Assembly: GCA_964542805.1 (NCBI GenBank) | Contig: CAZIWR010000001.1 | Location: forward strand, 2,600-66,599 | Reading direction: 5' to 3' | Source of the DNA: an uncultured Acidobacteriaceae bacterium | Lineage (GTDB): Bacteria > Acidobacteriota > Terriglobia > Acidiferrales > UBA7541 | Length of the DNA stretch: 64,000 nucleotides | Part shown: piece by piece, positions 9,438 through 19,170 of the stretch | Layout of the letters: each line of letters begins with the position of its first letter | How positions within the stretch are numbered: the first letter of the stretch is position 1 | Translations under genes and position numbers: made by a program | Notes under the pieces: model-generated | The model's input: only the letters and a program-made list of their open reading frames with translations | What the model was told of the DNA's origin: nothing | Databases searched by the model: none

Positions 9438-10817
9438 GTGGAGAGGTGTTCCATTCCTCGAGAAGAATTCAACCGATCCGACATCGACGGACGCTGCACC
9501 GCCGCGCCACGCCGCGCCGCGCGCGCGCTGCAACTGGTGTTGCGCCTGATTCTCCTGCTCGCTCTGGTCTACGGCATTTACCAGGTGGTGCGCCGCGCGG
9601 CAGCCTCGTGGTTTGTCAGCCGCGCCAGCCGCGCCGCCAGCCAGCCCGGTAACGCCTCGCCCGAGATCGCAGACAATCTGCGCCGCGCCATGCAATGGGA
9701 TCCGGACGACCCGCGGCATCCTGCGCTGCTGGCGCGCGCCCTGCAATTCTCACTCGAGGGCGGCGACATCGCCGACGTGCTCCGCCTTTCCGAACGCGCC
9801 GCCACACTCGGTCTGCACCGTGCCGGCGTGTGGGTGAATCTTGGCGCCGCCTACGAGTGGGCCAGCCACGCCGCCGCCGCGCAGCGCGCCTACGCACGCG
9901 CTCTCGCCCTTTTCCCCAACTCGCCGGAGATCAACTGGCAACTGGGCAACTATGCGTTGCGCTCGGACCGCATTCATGAGGCCGCCGCATATCTCCGCAC
10001 CTGCGTGTTGCGCGACGCGGCGCTGCGCCGCCCGGCGTTCGACCTCGCCTGGCGCGCCACCAGCGACGCTGCGTTCGTCCTCAACGAAGTTGTCCCGCCG
10101 GAAACGCACGCGCTCCTCGCCTATCTCGACTATCTTTCCGAAACCGCGCGCATGGATGCAGCCGCGGATGTCTGGGCGCGTCTGCGCGACGCCGGCCTCG
10201 CCTTCGAGCCCAATGTCGCGTTTCGCTACCTGGACGCCCTGATCGAGCACCGCCGCATCGCCGAGCTCGATGCTGCGTGGACCGCGCTGGCCGCGCGATA
10301 CCCGGACAAACTTCCGCAACGCGGCCCGGTAGAAAACCTCATGGTGAATGGGGATTTCGAGACCGCGCCGGTGAACGGTGGCCTCGACTGGCGCGTCATG
10401 AAGGCGCCGGGTGTGGTCGTGCGGACGGTCAGCAGCGTGTTCTACAGCGGCGGCCGCTCGCTGGAAATTGAATTTGCCGATACGGAAAACATTTCCTACG
10501 GCCAGGTGGTCCAGTTTGTGCCGGTGCGCCCGCGTACGCGCTATCGCTTCAGCGCGTATCTGCGCGCCGAGGGCATCACCACGGACAGCGGCCCGCGCCT
10601 GCAAATCCATGAGCCGCACAACCCGACGTCCCCTCCCGTGACGCTTCCGCAGGTGATGGGCAAGACGAGCTGGACCGCCGCCACAGCGGAATTTGTCACC
10701 GGACCGCAGACGACGCTGCTCACGGTGCGGGTGGTTCGGCTGCCCAGCGAAAAGTTCCTGAAGCAGTTTCGCGGCACTGTGTGGCTCGACCATCTCTCCC
10801 TCGTCTCTATTCCGTAG
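9438..10817 (+). CDS. Membrane-anchored TPR-repeat protein with C-terminal carbohydrate-binding-module-like jelly-roll
   Basis: GTG start as given in the track. One TM segment (LQLVLRLILLLALVYGIY). TPR-like helices (AYARALALFPNSPEINWQLGNYAL). The C-terminal NGDFE...GLDW...YRFSAYLR pattern is typical of CBM4/9-like modules. Start uncertain. Confidence 0.55.
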   Translation: MERCSIPREEFNRSDIDGRCTAAPRRAARALQLVLRLILLLALVYGIYQVVRRAAASWFVSRASRAASQPGNASPEIADNLRRAMQWDPDDPRHPALLARALQFSLEGGDIADVLRLSERAATLGLHRAGVWVNLGAAYEWASHAAAAQRAYARALALFPNSPEINWQLGNYALRSDRIHEAAAYLRTCVLRDAALRRPAFDLAWRATSDAAFVLNEVVPPETHALLAYLDYLSETARMDAAADVWARLRDAGLAFEPNVAFRYLDALIEHRRIAELDAAWTALAARYPDKLPQRGPVENLMVNGDFETAPVNGGLDWRVMKAPGVVVRTVSSVFYSGGRSLEIEFADTENISYGQVVQFVPVRPRTRYRFSAYLRAEGITTDSGPRLQIHEPHNPTSPPVTLPQVMGKTSWTAATAEFVTGPQTTLLTVRVVRLPSEKFLKQFRGTVWLDHLSLVSIP

Positions 10818-10853
10818 GCTCGTTGGCCTCTCTACTTTTTGTTTCGTCGACGC

Positions 10854-12272
10854 TCATGAATGTTCATCGGCCGTACTTTGGCTGCTCCCCAGCCCCAACA
10901 CGACGGCAAACACCAAGCCATTCGCCGGAATATACAAATTGAAATCCGTCAGGCTGTGCAGCAGCAGCGCGGCCAGCGCGCCGGTAGCGCCCAACGAAAT
11001 AGCCTGTCGCGTGCGGTTCGCGGGTATCCAGCACGCGCGCGCCGTGCGCGTGGCCAGTGTGAAAATCATCGCCCAAAAGCAAATCGCGGCGGGCACGCCG
11101 AGCTCGGCGGCGACTTGCAAGTAATCGTTGTGCGCGTGGTCCACGCGGGCGTTCACGTCCACCGTCTGCACTTTTGTGTACGCCGCCTCGAACGCGCCCA
11201 GGCCGATTCCCGCCAGCGGCCGCTCGCCGATCAACCGCAGCGTGTCCGCCCACACCGCCAGCCGGCCGCCCGCGGCTCCGGGCCCTAGCTGATCGGAAAG
11301 CGCCGCAAAGCGCGAAAACACAGGCTCCGGCCCCATCCAGATCATCAATGCGGCGGACCCGGCGAGAAGCAGGAGGATGAGTCCTGCGCCCAGCACCCCG
11401 CGCGGCGCCGCGGGATTCCGCCCGCGGCGCCTCAACACCGCCGCCATCGCCGTCAGCGATCCCACACACGCGATCAGGCCCATGCGCGATTCAGAGAAAA
11501 CCACCGCTAGCACCAGCACCGCCGCCAGAAAAAGAAACATCGCGGCTTTCCCCGCCGCGCCGTGCGCCCGGTGATTCCCTGCGCGCGGCAGGGCCACCAG
11601 CGCTCGCGCCACCGCGAACGGAATCACCATCTCCAGAAATCCGGCGTAATGGTTGTGGTTGACGTAAGTGCCCGTGGCGCTCTCGCGGTAGTACACCCGC
11701 TCGTACCACAAAATCTTTTGCCAGCCGGTGAGGTACTGCACCAGGCCGTAAGCCGCTTCGAAGACGCCGAGCAGCAGCAGCGCGAGGATCAGCCGCTGCG
11801 CCGAGCGCTCATCACGCGCCACCCTGCGCGCCGCCGCGAACGCGCTGCCGTACACAAGCAGGCGCACGAACATTTCGCTGGTTGCCCAGCGATCGAAACT
11901 CGTCACCGCGTCGAACGACGCAAGCCACTGCGTCGCGATCCACGCCAGCAGCGCCGCCGGGATGATCCAATCACGCGACTGCAGCGCGGGACGGCGAAGC
12001 TGTTCACAAGCCAGCGCAACACCCATCCCCAGCAAAAGAATTTGCACGGCGGCCCAGGAATACGTTTCCGTGCCGCCGAAAAAGACTACGGCCACCGCAA
12101 TGGCGGTAATCAGCCCGACGAGATAAATCCGCACCCCGGCGGCGTGGCCATGGGGAGCCAGCGGCGCGGAAAACTCAAAAGCGTCCGCCGCGTTCCGTTT
12201 TGGGAAATTGCTCAAGGGTGCGTGCCTTACACCCACTGCTGTGGCAATTCTATTTCCATTCTTCATACGCAT
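10854..12272 (-). CDS. O-antigen ligase / Wzy_C-family polymerase-like membrane protein
   Basis: 472 aa, polytopic. Wzy_C-like loop with SESRMGLIA and the HAHNDYLQVAAELG motif. Confidence 0.75.
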   Translation of the reverse strand: MRMKNGNRIATAVGVRHAPLSNFPKRNAADAFEFSAPLAPHGHAAGVRIYLVGLITAIAVAVVFFGGTETYSWAAVQILLLGMGVALACEQLRRPALQSRDWIIPAALLAWIATQWLASFDAVTSFDRWATSEMFVRLLVYGSAFAAARRVARDERSAQRLILALLLLGVFEAAYGLVQYLTGWQKILWYERVYYRESATGTYVNHNHYAGFLEMVIPFAVARALVALPRAGNHRAHGAAGKAAMFLFLAAVLVLAVVFSESRMGLIACVGSLTAMAAVLRRRGRNPAAPRGVLGAGLILLLLAGSAALMIWMGPEPVFSRFAALSDQLGPGAAGGRLAVWADTLRLIGERPLAGIGLGAFEAAYTKVQTVDVNARVDHAHNDYLQVAAELGVPAAICFWAMIFTLATRTARACWIPANRTRQAISLGATGALAALLLHSLTDFNLYIPANGLVFAVVLGLGSSQSTADEHS

Positions 12273-12378
12273 GATTCAGTGAGAGTTAGAGTCATTTTTC
12301 GCCGCTTTTCGGCGGCCATCGCTCTATCTTTCACCCTGCATCACTACTGCCATTGAAATTGCAAGGAATCCTGCACCG

Positions 12379-14025
12379 GTGTTGGCTCTGCCGGCGAATC
12401 CGATGAATTGCGTCTCGCAAACGACGACCGAAGTATTGCCGCAGACTCCCCCGCCCGTGGCCCGAGTCAACGCGCAGGCCGCCTCCAGTTTTCTTCTGCT
12501 GGTGTTGCTTGGCGTGCTCGCCAAGGGCGTGGGCCTGGTGCGCGAGATGGTGCTCGCCGCGCAATTCGGCGCCAGCGGTCCCATGGACGCCTACCTCGTG
12601 GCGCAGACCCTGCCCTCCGCCGTGCAGCGCGTCTTCGACGAATTGCTCGGCGCCAGCCTGCTGCCGCTGTTTGCCGGATGGGTGGTGGCCGCCGGTGAAG
12701 CCGCGGCGTGGGCGCGGTTGAAAAGCCTGCTGCGCTTTCTGCTGTGGAGCAGCGCGCTGCTGGTTCTCATTTCGCTGCCGCTGGCCGCACCGCTGGTGCG
12801 CGTGCTGGCACCGGGACTCGGCCTCGGCGAATCCTCCTTGGCCGCGCGCGCCCTGCTCATTCTTTTGCCGGGCATTGCCTTTGGTGTGGCCGGCAGCATT
12901 TTCGCCGCGCTGCTCAACTATCACCGCCGCTTCGTCTGTGCCGCCCTGTTTGCGCTGGCCGGCAACGCACTGGCGCTCGCGTGCATTTTCCTTTTCGCCG
13001 GACGCATCGGCATATACAGCGCCGCCGCGGGCGTCACCGCCGGCGCGCTGCTGCTCGCGCTGCAATGGTTCTATCTCCCCGTTGCGGGACGCCGAGAGCC
13101 GCCCGTCTCTTCCACTGTGGCCACTCGTTCCGAATTCTGGCGCCTGGCCGGACCGCTCGCTGCGGGCATCGCGCTCTTCAACCTCATCCCGCTCGTCGAA
13201 CGATTTCTGTCTTCGTTTCTTCCCACCGGCGGCATCGCGCTGCTCAACTACGCGTTCAAAGTGGACTGGCTGGCCTACCTGGTTCTTGTCGTCCCCATCA
13301 CCACCATCGCCTTTCCGCGACTGGCCGACGCGGGCGCCGCCGGCGACACCCAAAAATTTCTCGGCGCGCTCCACCTCGCACTGAAGGGCGCGTTTCTCGC
13401 GCTTCTTCCAGCGATGATTTTTCTCGGTATCGCGGCTCCCGCCGTGATCGCCCTGCTTTACGAGCGCGGCAGCTTCACCACTGTCCACACGGCGGGGACC
13501 GCGGCCATCTTGCGCGTCTACCTTTTCGGCCTGCCCGGCGCGGCCGCCACGCTCATCCTCTTTTACGCGATCTACGCGCTGCGGCAGCCCGCCGGGCGCG
13601 TGGCTGCCAGCGTGGCTGGATTATTTCTCGCGCTCAGCTTCGGCTGGCCCGCGGTGCGTGCCTGGGGTGCAACAGGCATTGCCGCCACGCACGCCGTCAA
13701 CTTCACCGCCCTTGCGCTGCTGCTGGGTGCGTACCTCACGCGCTCGCTCGGCCGCGGCTGGTGGCGGCCGCTGCTTGGATTCTCTTTGCGCGCCGCCGTC
13801 GCGGCCGCAATCGCCTGGTTCGCAGGGCAGCAACTCCTGCGGCTCTGGATCGAGGCCGAGACCTTTCCGCGCAGCATGATGGAACTTCTTGCCGGAGCCG
13901 CCGCGTCGGTGGTCTTTGTCCTGCTCGCTTGGCTCTTCCGGTTGCAGGAAATCCGCGACCTCGTTTCCCAGATCGCTCGTAGCGCCGAGCTTCCTCCGGC
14001 AACTCATCCGGGAGGTGAATTGTGA
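12379..14025 (+). CDS. MurJ/MviN-family lipid-linked oligosaccharide flippase
   Basis: 548 aa, polytopic. N-terminal LAKGVGLVREMVLAAQFGASGPMDAYLVA is the characteristic MurJ/MviN opening. The start may instead be the downstream ATG (MNCVSQ). Confidence 0.75.
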   Translation: MLALPANPMNCVSQTTTEVLPQTPPPVARVNAQAASSFLLLVLLGVLAKGVGLVREMVLAAQFGASGPMDAYLVAQTLPSAVQRVFDELLGASLLPLFAGWVVAAGEAAAWARLKSLLRFLLWSSALLVLISLPLAAPLVRVLAPGLGLGESSLAARALLILLPGIAFGVAGSIFAALLNYHRRFVCAALFALAGNALALACIFLFAGRIGIYSAAAGVTAGALLLALQWFYLPVAGRREPPVSSTVATRSEFWRLAGPLAAGIALFNLIPLVERFLSSFLPTGGIALLNYAFKVDWLAYLVLVVPITTIAFPRLADAGAAGDTQKFLGALHLALKGAFLALLPAMIFLGIAAPAVIALLYERGSFTTVHTAGTAAILRVYLFGLPGAAATLILFYAIYALRQPAGRVAASVAGLFLALSFGWPAVRAWGATGIAATHAVNFTALALLLGAYLTRSLGRGWWRPLLGFSLRAAVAAAIAWFAGQQLLRLWIEAETFPRSMMELLAGAAASVVFVLLAWLFRLQEIRDLVSQIARSAELPPATHPGGEL

Positions 14026-14822
14026 ACCCTGCGGCCCCCGTCTGCGGCACCGAGCAGAACCCGAATTTTGTTTCGTTTGAGCAGCAATATCGACGACGCC
14101 TGCGCATGCCCCTGCGGCTCAACTTCGAGCTGCAGACGAAACTCGCTATGTTCCGTCGCCTCGCGCGCCGGATTCCGGCGCTCCCGCCCGGCGCCCGCGT
14201 GCTCGACCTCGGCTTCGGTCACGGCTTCATGCTCTTCTGGTTTCCGCGGCATTGCGAACTCGGCGGCGTGGACCTCACGCCCACTGCGGTCGAGCACATT
14301 TCCCGCGTCGCGACGCGCCGCGGCTATCTCCGCTCCCGCTTCGAATGTCTCAACCTCGACCGCGAGACCCTTCCGTGGGACGCCGCATCTGTTGACGTGC
14401 TCATCTGCTCGCACGTGATCGAACACGTGGCCGACGACGTCCGCCTGCTCGCGGAAATTCGCCGGGTCTTGAAACCCGGCGGCCACCTCATCCTGATGGT
14501 TCCCATTCACGAGACCGACCAGAATGCGAACCCACTTCACCTGCGCCGCTACACCGAAGATGCTCTGAAGAAATTGCTCTCCGAATACGACTTGCGCGTC
14601 GAAAAAGATGACCGCGCTGACACACTGTATCAAGTCTTCGACTGGCTCAGCCGCCCCCAACTCCCGCGCCTGCTCGACACCGTCCGTGGCAAGGCCATCG
14701 CCGTGCTCGGTGCACTCAGCGTGCTCCTTCCGCCGCTCTGGAGCCTGCGCTTCTGGGGCCTGCCGCGGGACTATGGCGTTCTGGCCGTCCGCAACTCTGC
14801 GCCGGAGGAAAAAACGCCTTGA
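14022..14822 (+). CDS. Class I SAM-dependent methyltransferase
   Basis: GTG start overlapping the flippase stop by 4 nt. VLDLGFGHG (motif I) and LKPGGHLILMVP (post-motif). 266 aa. Confidence 0.8.
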   Translation: MNPAAPVCGTEQNPNFVSFEQQYRRRLRMPLRLNFELQTKLAMFRRLARRIPALPPGARVLDLGFGHGFMLFWFPRHCELGGVDLTPTAVEHISRVATRRGYLRSRFECLNLDRETLPWDAASVDVLICSHVIEHVADDVRLLAEIRRVLKPGGHLILMVPIHETDQNANPLHLRRYTEDALKKLLSEYDLRVEKDDRADTLYQVFDWLSRPQLPRLLDTVRGKAIAVLGALSVLLPPLWSLRFWGLPRDYGVLAVRNSAPEEKTP

Positions 14823-16258
14823 AATCCTGGCACGCCATCGGCCTGACGCTATTTGCCCTGTGTATTCTGCAGGCCTTACTGGCGTCCCCGCTGATTCCAC
14901 TCTTCCTGGCGGCGGCGCTGGTCGTTCTGCTGTTGTCGCTGCGCTTTCCGGTGGCGCTGGCGGCGGGCGCGTTCGCGATCGGCTTGATGCCGCACTCCTA
15001 CATGATTGCCTGGGGACTCCCGCAGATTGGAATCAACTTTCTGGATCTGGCGGTGCTGCTGATGTTCGTGGTGGTGCTCGCCAGGTGGCCGGAAGTGCGA
15101 GCGGCACTTTCCACTGAAACCCTGCTACGAGTTTTGGTGGTATTCGTCTTCGCCGCGGGTGTTGTGGCCCTGGCGCACGGCCAACTGGAGGGCTTTGGAA
15201 CCCGCACGGCGTTGCGCAGCTTCCGCTTTTACTTTCATGTGTTGATCACGTTTCATTTTGCTGCTCTATTGCCGCGTCCCGCACAGCACATCATTCTAAT
15301 TTCCGCGTGGATGGTTCTGGTGCCTCTGCAGCTCTTTCTCGTCGGAACCAACTCAATTTCCTACAGTCCGGACGACCCCGGGACGCTGCTGCTGGCGCCG
15401 GACATCTACTGGACGAGCGCGCATTTTCTTCCTCTGAAAACTTTTTATCCTGCCCTGCTCGCGCTGGCCATGCTGGCCGTGGGGCGCAAACAGCCGGTGC
15501 TGCTCACCGCAGGCTTGTGGAGCTTGGTCGCTCTCGAGTTCACCGTCCTGGCATTCACCTATAAGCGCTCGCAGTACGTAGGTCTGACCTCCGGACTGCT
15601 CGCCGTTGGGCTGGGAGCGCTGTTTGTCGAGTTCCACCGGTCGCGGCGCTTCCTGGCGGTGCTCTTCCGTTGGCTTGCAGTGGTCGTGTTCCTGGTGGTG
15701 GTCACGGGTGCCGCGTTCCAACTCGCGCTGCGGAGTGTGCCGGAGGATGCAGAGCACGTGCAGGAGAATCTGCTGCGGCGCGCTCTGTTCCTGCAAGAAT
15801 CGGATACGGATGCTCCCATTCAGGATCGACTGGAGGGCTTGCGCGTCGGCTGGAATGACATTCGGGACAACCCGGTATTCGGCACCGGACTAGGCGACTC
15901 GGTTACTTATGTTCGCGCGCAGATTTTCCACAGCGGTTGGCTGTGGGTGGCTGTTTCGGCGGGACTTCCCGCGGCACTAGCGCTGCTGTTGGTCGTTAGC
16001 CTCACCGGCACGCGGACTTTGCGCACCCTGGCAATCCATTCCGAACCTCCTCTGACTTCCGCGCTGCGCCTGGGCTTCCTCGCCTGCCTGGTATCGCTGG
16101 CTGGAAATGCGATGACCTGGGGTTCGACGCTCGACATCGGCGACGTTTCCGATTGGGGCCTGTTGCTGGGCCTGCTGGCTGTGACCGCGCCGCGCCCTTC
16201 GCCGAAGGAAACATCGGCAGTCCGCCTGGAGGAACCTGCGATGGCGGCTGTCCGATAG
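14819..16258 (+). CDS. Polytopic membrane protein, Wzy/O-antigen-polymerase-like
   Basis: TTG start overlapping the upstream stop (TTGA). About 10-12 hydrophobic segments. A periplasmic-loop region followed by IFHSGWLWVAVSAGLPA resembles Wzy_C. Weaker than 10854..12272. Confidence 0.55.
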   Translation: MKSWHAIGLTLFALCILQALLASPLIPLFLAAALVVLLLSLRFPVALAAGAFAIGLMPHSYMIAWGLPQIGINFLDLAVLLMFVVVLARWPEVRAALSTETLLRVLVVFVFAAGVVALAHGQLEGFGTRTALRSFRFYFHVLITFHFAALLPRPAQHIILISAWMVLVPLQLFLVGTNSISYSPDDPGTLLLAPDIYWTSAHFLPLKTFYPALLALAMLAVGRKQPVLLTAGLWSLVALEFTVLAFTYKRSQYVGLTSGLLAVGLGALFVEFHRSRRFLAVLFRWLAVVVFLVVVTGAAFQLALRSVPEDAEHVQENLLRRALFLQESDTDAPIQDRLEGLRVGWNDIRDNPVFGTGLGDSVTYVRAQIFHSGWLWVAVSAGLPAALALLLVVSLTGTRTLRTLAIHSEPPLTSALRLGFLACLVSLAGNAMTWGSTLDIGDVSDWGLLLGLLAVTAPRPSPKETSAVRLEEPAMAAVR

Positions 16259-16264
16259 ACGAAC

Positions 16265-18295
16265 ATGCAGACAAAAGAATCAAATTGCTCGAACACTGCT
16301 GCGGTTGATCACCGCACGGGCGTGTTGTTCTTTACCTCCGCGCCGTTTCTCGGCGGCACTGCTTACGGAGCGCGCAGCATCATCCGTCAGCTGGACCACC
16401 AGCGCTTCCGCCCGGTACTGGCGTACCCCGAAAGCAACCCGGCGGTGGCGGAATTCTTCCGCGGCATAGATGTCTGCCTCCAGCCCATCGCCACGCGCCC
16501 GCTCGCGCGTTGGAGCCCCGCGGTGCCGCTCGACCTGTTGAGTACGGTTCGCGAGCTCGCACGGATCTGCCGCTCGCAGAACATCCGCATCTTTCACAGC
16601 ACGGCGCCGCGCGCCGCCGTGCTCGGTCCGCTGCTGCGCGCGCGCACCGGCGTGAAATTCGTCTGGCAGATCGCCATGCTCGGCCAGCCCTGGTTTCTGC
16701 ACTTTCTGTCGCGCTTTCCCGATCGCGCGCCTTGTGTTTCCCATGCCGTCTGCGAGGAATTCGGCCGCCGCTCCAACATGCAGGTGATTTACAACGGCCC
16801 GTGGACCGAACTGCTCACGGATGCAGAATGGCACGACCGCCGCGGCGCACTGCGCGCCGAACTCGGCATTGCCGAAGACGCCCTCGTCGTTGGCGGCATG
16901 GCCAACCTGCAATACTGGAAAGGCGTGCATGTCCTGCTCGAAGGCTTTGCCCTGGCGGCCCGGGAGATGCCGGGAATTATTCTCGTCCACCTCGGCGGTC
17001 CAGCCCCCGGCTACGAAAAATATTCGCAGCAGATCGATTCGCAGATTGCCGCGCTCGACCTCGGCACGCGAATCCGCCGGTTCGGTTTCCGCGCGGATGG
17101 TTATCGCTATTTCCCGCTTTTCGATCTCTTCGTTCACGTCCCCGTCCCCGAGGAGCCCTCTGGCATCACCGAAGCCTTTGGCCACTCTGTGGCGGAGGCG
17201 ATGGGGTATCGCCTGCCGGTCATTTCCTCCCGCCTTGGCGGCCCCGCGGAGATTGTGGAAGAGGGCGTTAGCGGCGAGCTTATCGAGCCGGGCAACGCAC
17301 GCGAACTCGCTGAAAAAATCCTTCAACTCTTGCGCGATCCTGCCCGCCGCCTCCGCATGGGAGCGGCCGGCTATGCCCGCTATCAGGAACACTTCACGAT
17401 CGAGCGCGAAGTGCGCGCGTACGAACAGATTTATCTGCAACTCGTTTCTTCCAACGGTCGCAGGAGATCGCCGCGTCTTCTGCCGCCAAACTCCGGAAAC
17501 GAAGGCGGCAATTTTCGTCCCTACTGGAGTGCCCTGCTGCGGGCGGACGGAAGGGCTGAAAAGCTGGCGCTCATGGAGATCGAGCAGGCCCCCTTTGCCG
17601 CCATGCTTCGGCGGTTTCTCAATGGCACGCGCTGTTCGCTACGCGTTTTGGAAGTTGGGACCGGTTCGGCCGCGGCTCTCCGGCAACTCGCGCAGTCTGT
17701 CTCCGGCGTGCTTTGCGGTCTGGACCTGATGCCGGAAGCCTTGCAGGTGGCGCGTCAGGCAGAGGCGCTCTCGCCCGCTCCCAAGGTCCGGCTGGTGGCC
17801 GCTGATGTGTTTCACGCGCCTTTTCCGTACGAATCCTTCGACCTGGTCTTCAGTCAGGGTCTGATCGAACACTTTCCCGATCCTGGTGGAATTCTCCAGG
17901 CGCAGGCACGACTCGTGAAGCCCGGCGGCTGGTTAGTCGTGTCTGTGCCGCAGACGTTGAATCCCTACACGCTTTACAAGCACCTGCGGATGCGCCGCGG
18001 TGCGTGGGGGCCCGGCTGGGAAACCCAATACACGCCGAATCAGCTGGCCCGGCTGGCCGCCCGCATTGGCTTTGACCTTCTCGGAGTAGACGGCTATGGC
18101 TCGTTTCTCTCCCGGGTGTGCGCCCGCCTGTTTCGGCCCGTGCTCTCGTTGCGCGGCGCCTCGCGGCTGATTCGCACCGCGAATTCCTTGGACCGACTTT
18201 TCGGGAAACAACTCCGCGCCTGGCTCTCCCTGAATGTCGTGGCCTGCTATCGCAAGCCGGAGTTTCGGGATTCCGCTGCGGCGGAGGATGAATGA
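16265..18295 (+). CDS. Fusion protein: GT4 glycosyltransferase (N) + class I SAM methyltransferase (C)
   Basis: 676 aa. The GT4 EX7E region is EAFGHSVAEAMGYRLPVISSRLGGPAEIVEEGVSGEL. The C-terminal half has LEVGTGSAAA (motif I), DLVFSQGLIEHF and LVKPGGWLVVSVP. Confidence 0.8.
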   Translation: MQTKESNCSNTAAVDHRTGVLFFTSAPFLGGTAYGARSIIRQLDHQRFRPVLAYPESNPAVAEFFRGIDVCLQPIATRPLARWSPAVPLDLLSTVRELARICRSQNIRIFHSTAPRAAVLGPLLRARTGVKFVWQIAMLGQPWFLHFLSRFPDRAPCVSHAVCEEFGRRSNMQVIYNGPWTELLTDAEWHDRRGALRAELGIAEDALVVGGMANLQYWKGVHVLLEGFALAAREMPGIILVHLGGPAPGYEKYSQQIDSQIAALDLGTRIRRFGFRADGYRYFPLFDLFVHVPVPEEPSGITEAFGHSVAEAMGYRLPVISSRLGGPAEIVEEGVSGELIEPGNARELAEKILQLLRDPARRLRMGAAGYARYQEHFTIEREVRAYEQIYLQLVSSNGRRRSPRLLPPNSGNEGGNFRPYWSALLRADGRAEKLALMEIEQAPFAAMLRRFLNGTRCSLRVLEVGTGSAAALRQLAQSVSGVLCGLDLMPEALQVARQAEALSPAPKVRLVAADVFHAPFPYESFDLVFSQGLIEHFPDPGGILQAQARLVKPGGWLVVSVPQTLNPYTLYKHLRMRRGAWGPGWETQYTPNQLARLAARIGFDLLGVDGYGSFLSRVCARLFRPVLSLRGASRLIRTANSLDRLFGKQLRAWLSLNVVACYRKPEFRDSAAAEDE

Positions 18296-19170
18296 ATTTG
18301 AACCTCAATACGGAGACGGTAGCTTGCGCATTGTGTGGCGACGCCAGTTCCACGCCACTCCATGTGAATGATTCGCTGCAGGTGGTGCAATGCGGTCAGT
18401 GCCGCCTGGTGTACGTGAACCCGCAGCCCACCGCGCAGGCGGTGGCCGATTACTATACCGCGCGCGACATCGCGGCCCAGGTCGGTTGGGTCAATGGGAC
18501 GGCAAATCTCAACGCGCAGCGCCAGGCTCTCTGGCGGGAACGCTGGAGCGATGTACAGCGCTGGAAGTCCGGACCCCACCTGCGCGTCCTTGATGTCGGT
18601 TGTGGTTGGGGTGACTTTCTCTTGTTGGCCCGGCAAGCCGGATGGGACGTCCACGGGCACGAGTTATCGCCGGACCTCGCGCAGCTTGTCCGCCGTCAAA
18701 ACCAGATTCCCGTCACGGTAGGAGACTTGGAGAAGGCCCCTTTTCTGCCGGGCTCTTTCGACGTCATCACCATGTGGCATGTCCTTGAACACACGCGCGA
18801 CCCGCTTAGGGCACTCCGTCACATCCGTGGCCTGCTTCGCCCGGACGGCCTTCTCGTTCTCGAGGTGCCCAACCTCAACTTCATCGCTCGCAAGTCTTAC
18901 CGTTGCCCCTTTTCGTCTGTGCTCCACCTCTTTCATTTCTCGCCGGCCACCTTGTCTGCGCTCTTCCAGAAGGCCGGACTCAAACTTCTGGATTGTCGAC
19001 CCGGTCACACCGGCTATCTCTGCACAAACCCCGTGAAGGCCCTGGCGAAACGCTGCCTCAACACCCTAACCGCAGGCATCCACAGTGTCTCCGGCTTCAA
19101 CGTCGGCGACTGCATCCGTGCATATGCTTGCCCTGCTTCTCCGCAGAACGGTGCCGCATGCACGTCGTGA
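18292..19170 (+). CDS. Class I SAM-dependent methyltransferase with N-terminal CxxC...CxxC zinc-ribbon
   Basis: ATGA overlap with the upstream gene. CALCG...CGQC, then VLDVGCGWGDF (motif I) and LRPDGLLVLEVPN. Confidence 0.8.
   Translation: MNLNLNTETVACALCGDASSTPLHVNDSLQVVQCGQCRLVYVNPQPTAQAVADYYTARDIAAQVGWVNGTANLNAQRQALWRERWSDVQRWKSGPHLRVLDVGCGWGDFLLLARQAGWDVHGHELSPDLAQLVRRQNQIPVTVGDLEKAPFLPGSFDVITMWHVLEHTRDPLRALRHIRGLLRPDGLLVLEVPNLNFIARKSYRCPFSSVLHLFHFSPATLSALFQKAGLKLLDCRPGHTGYLCTNPVKALAKRCLNTLTAGIHSVSGFNVGDCIRAYACPASPQNGAACTS

Noticed and set aside
12331-14900. ORFs 12331..13488 (-), 12708..13982 (+) and 14004..14900 (-)
   Set aside because: They are shadows of the MurJ-like flippase and the methyltransferase genes. 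The sequences are low-complexity, charged or Arg-rich.
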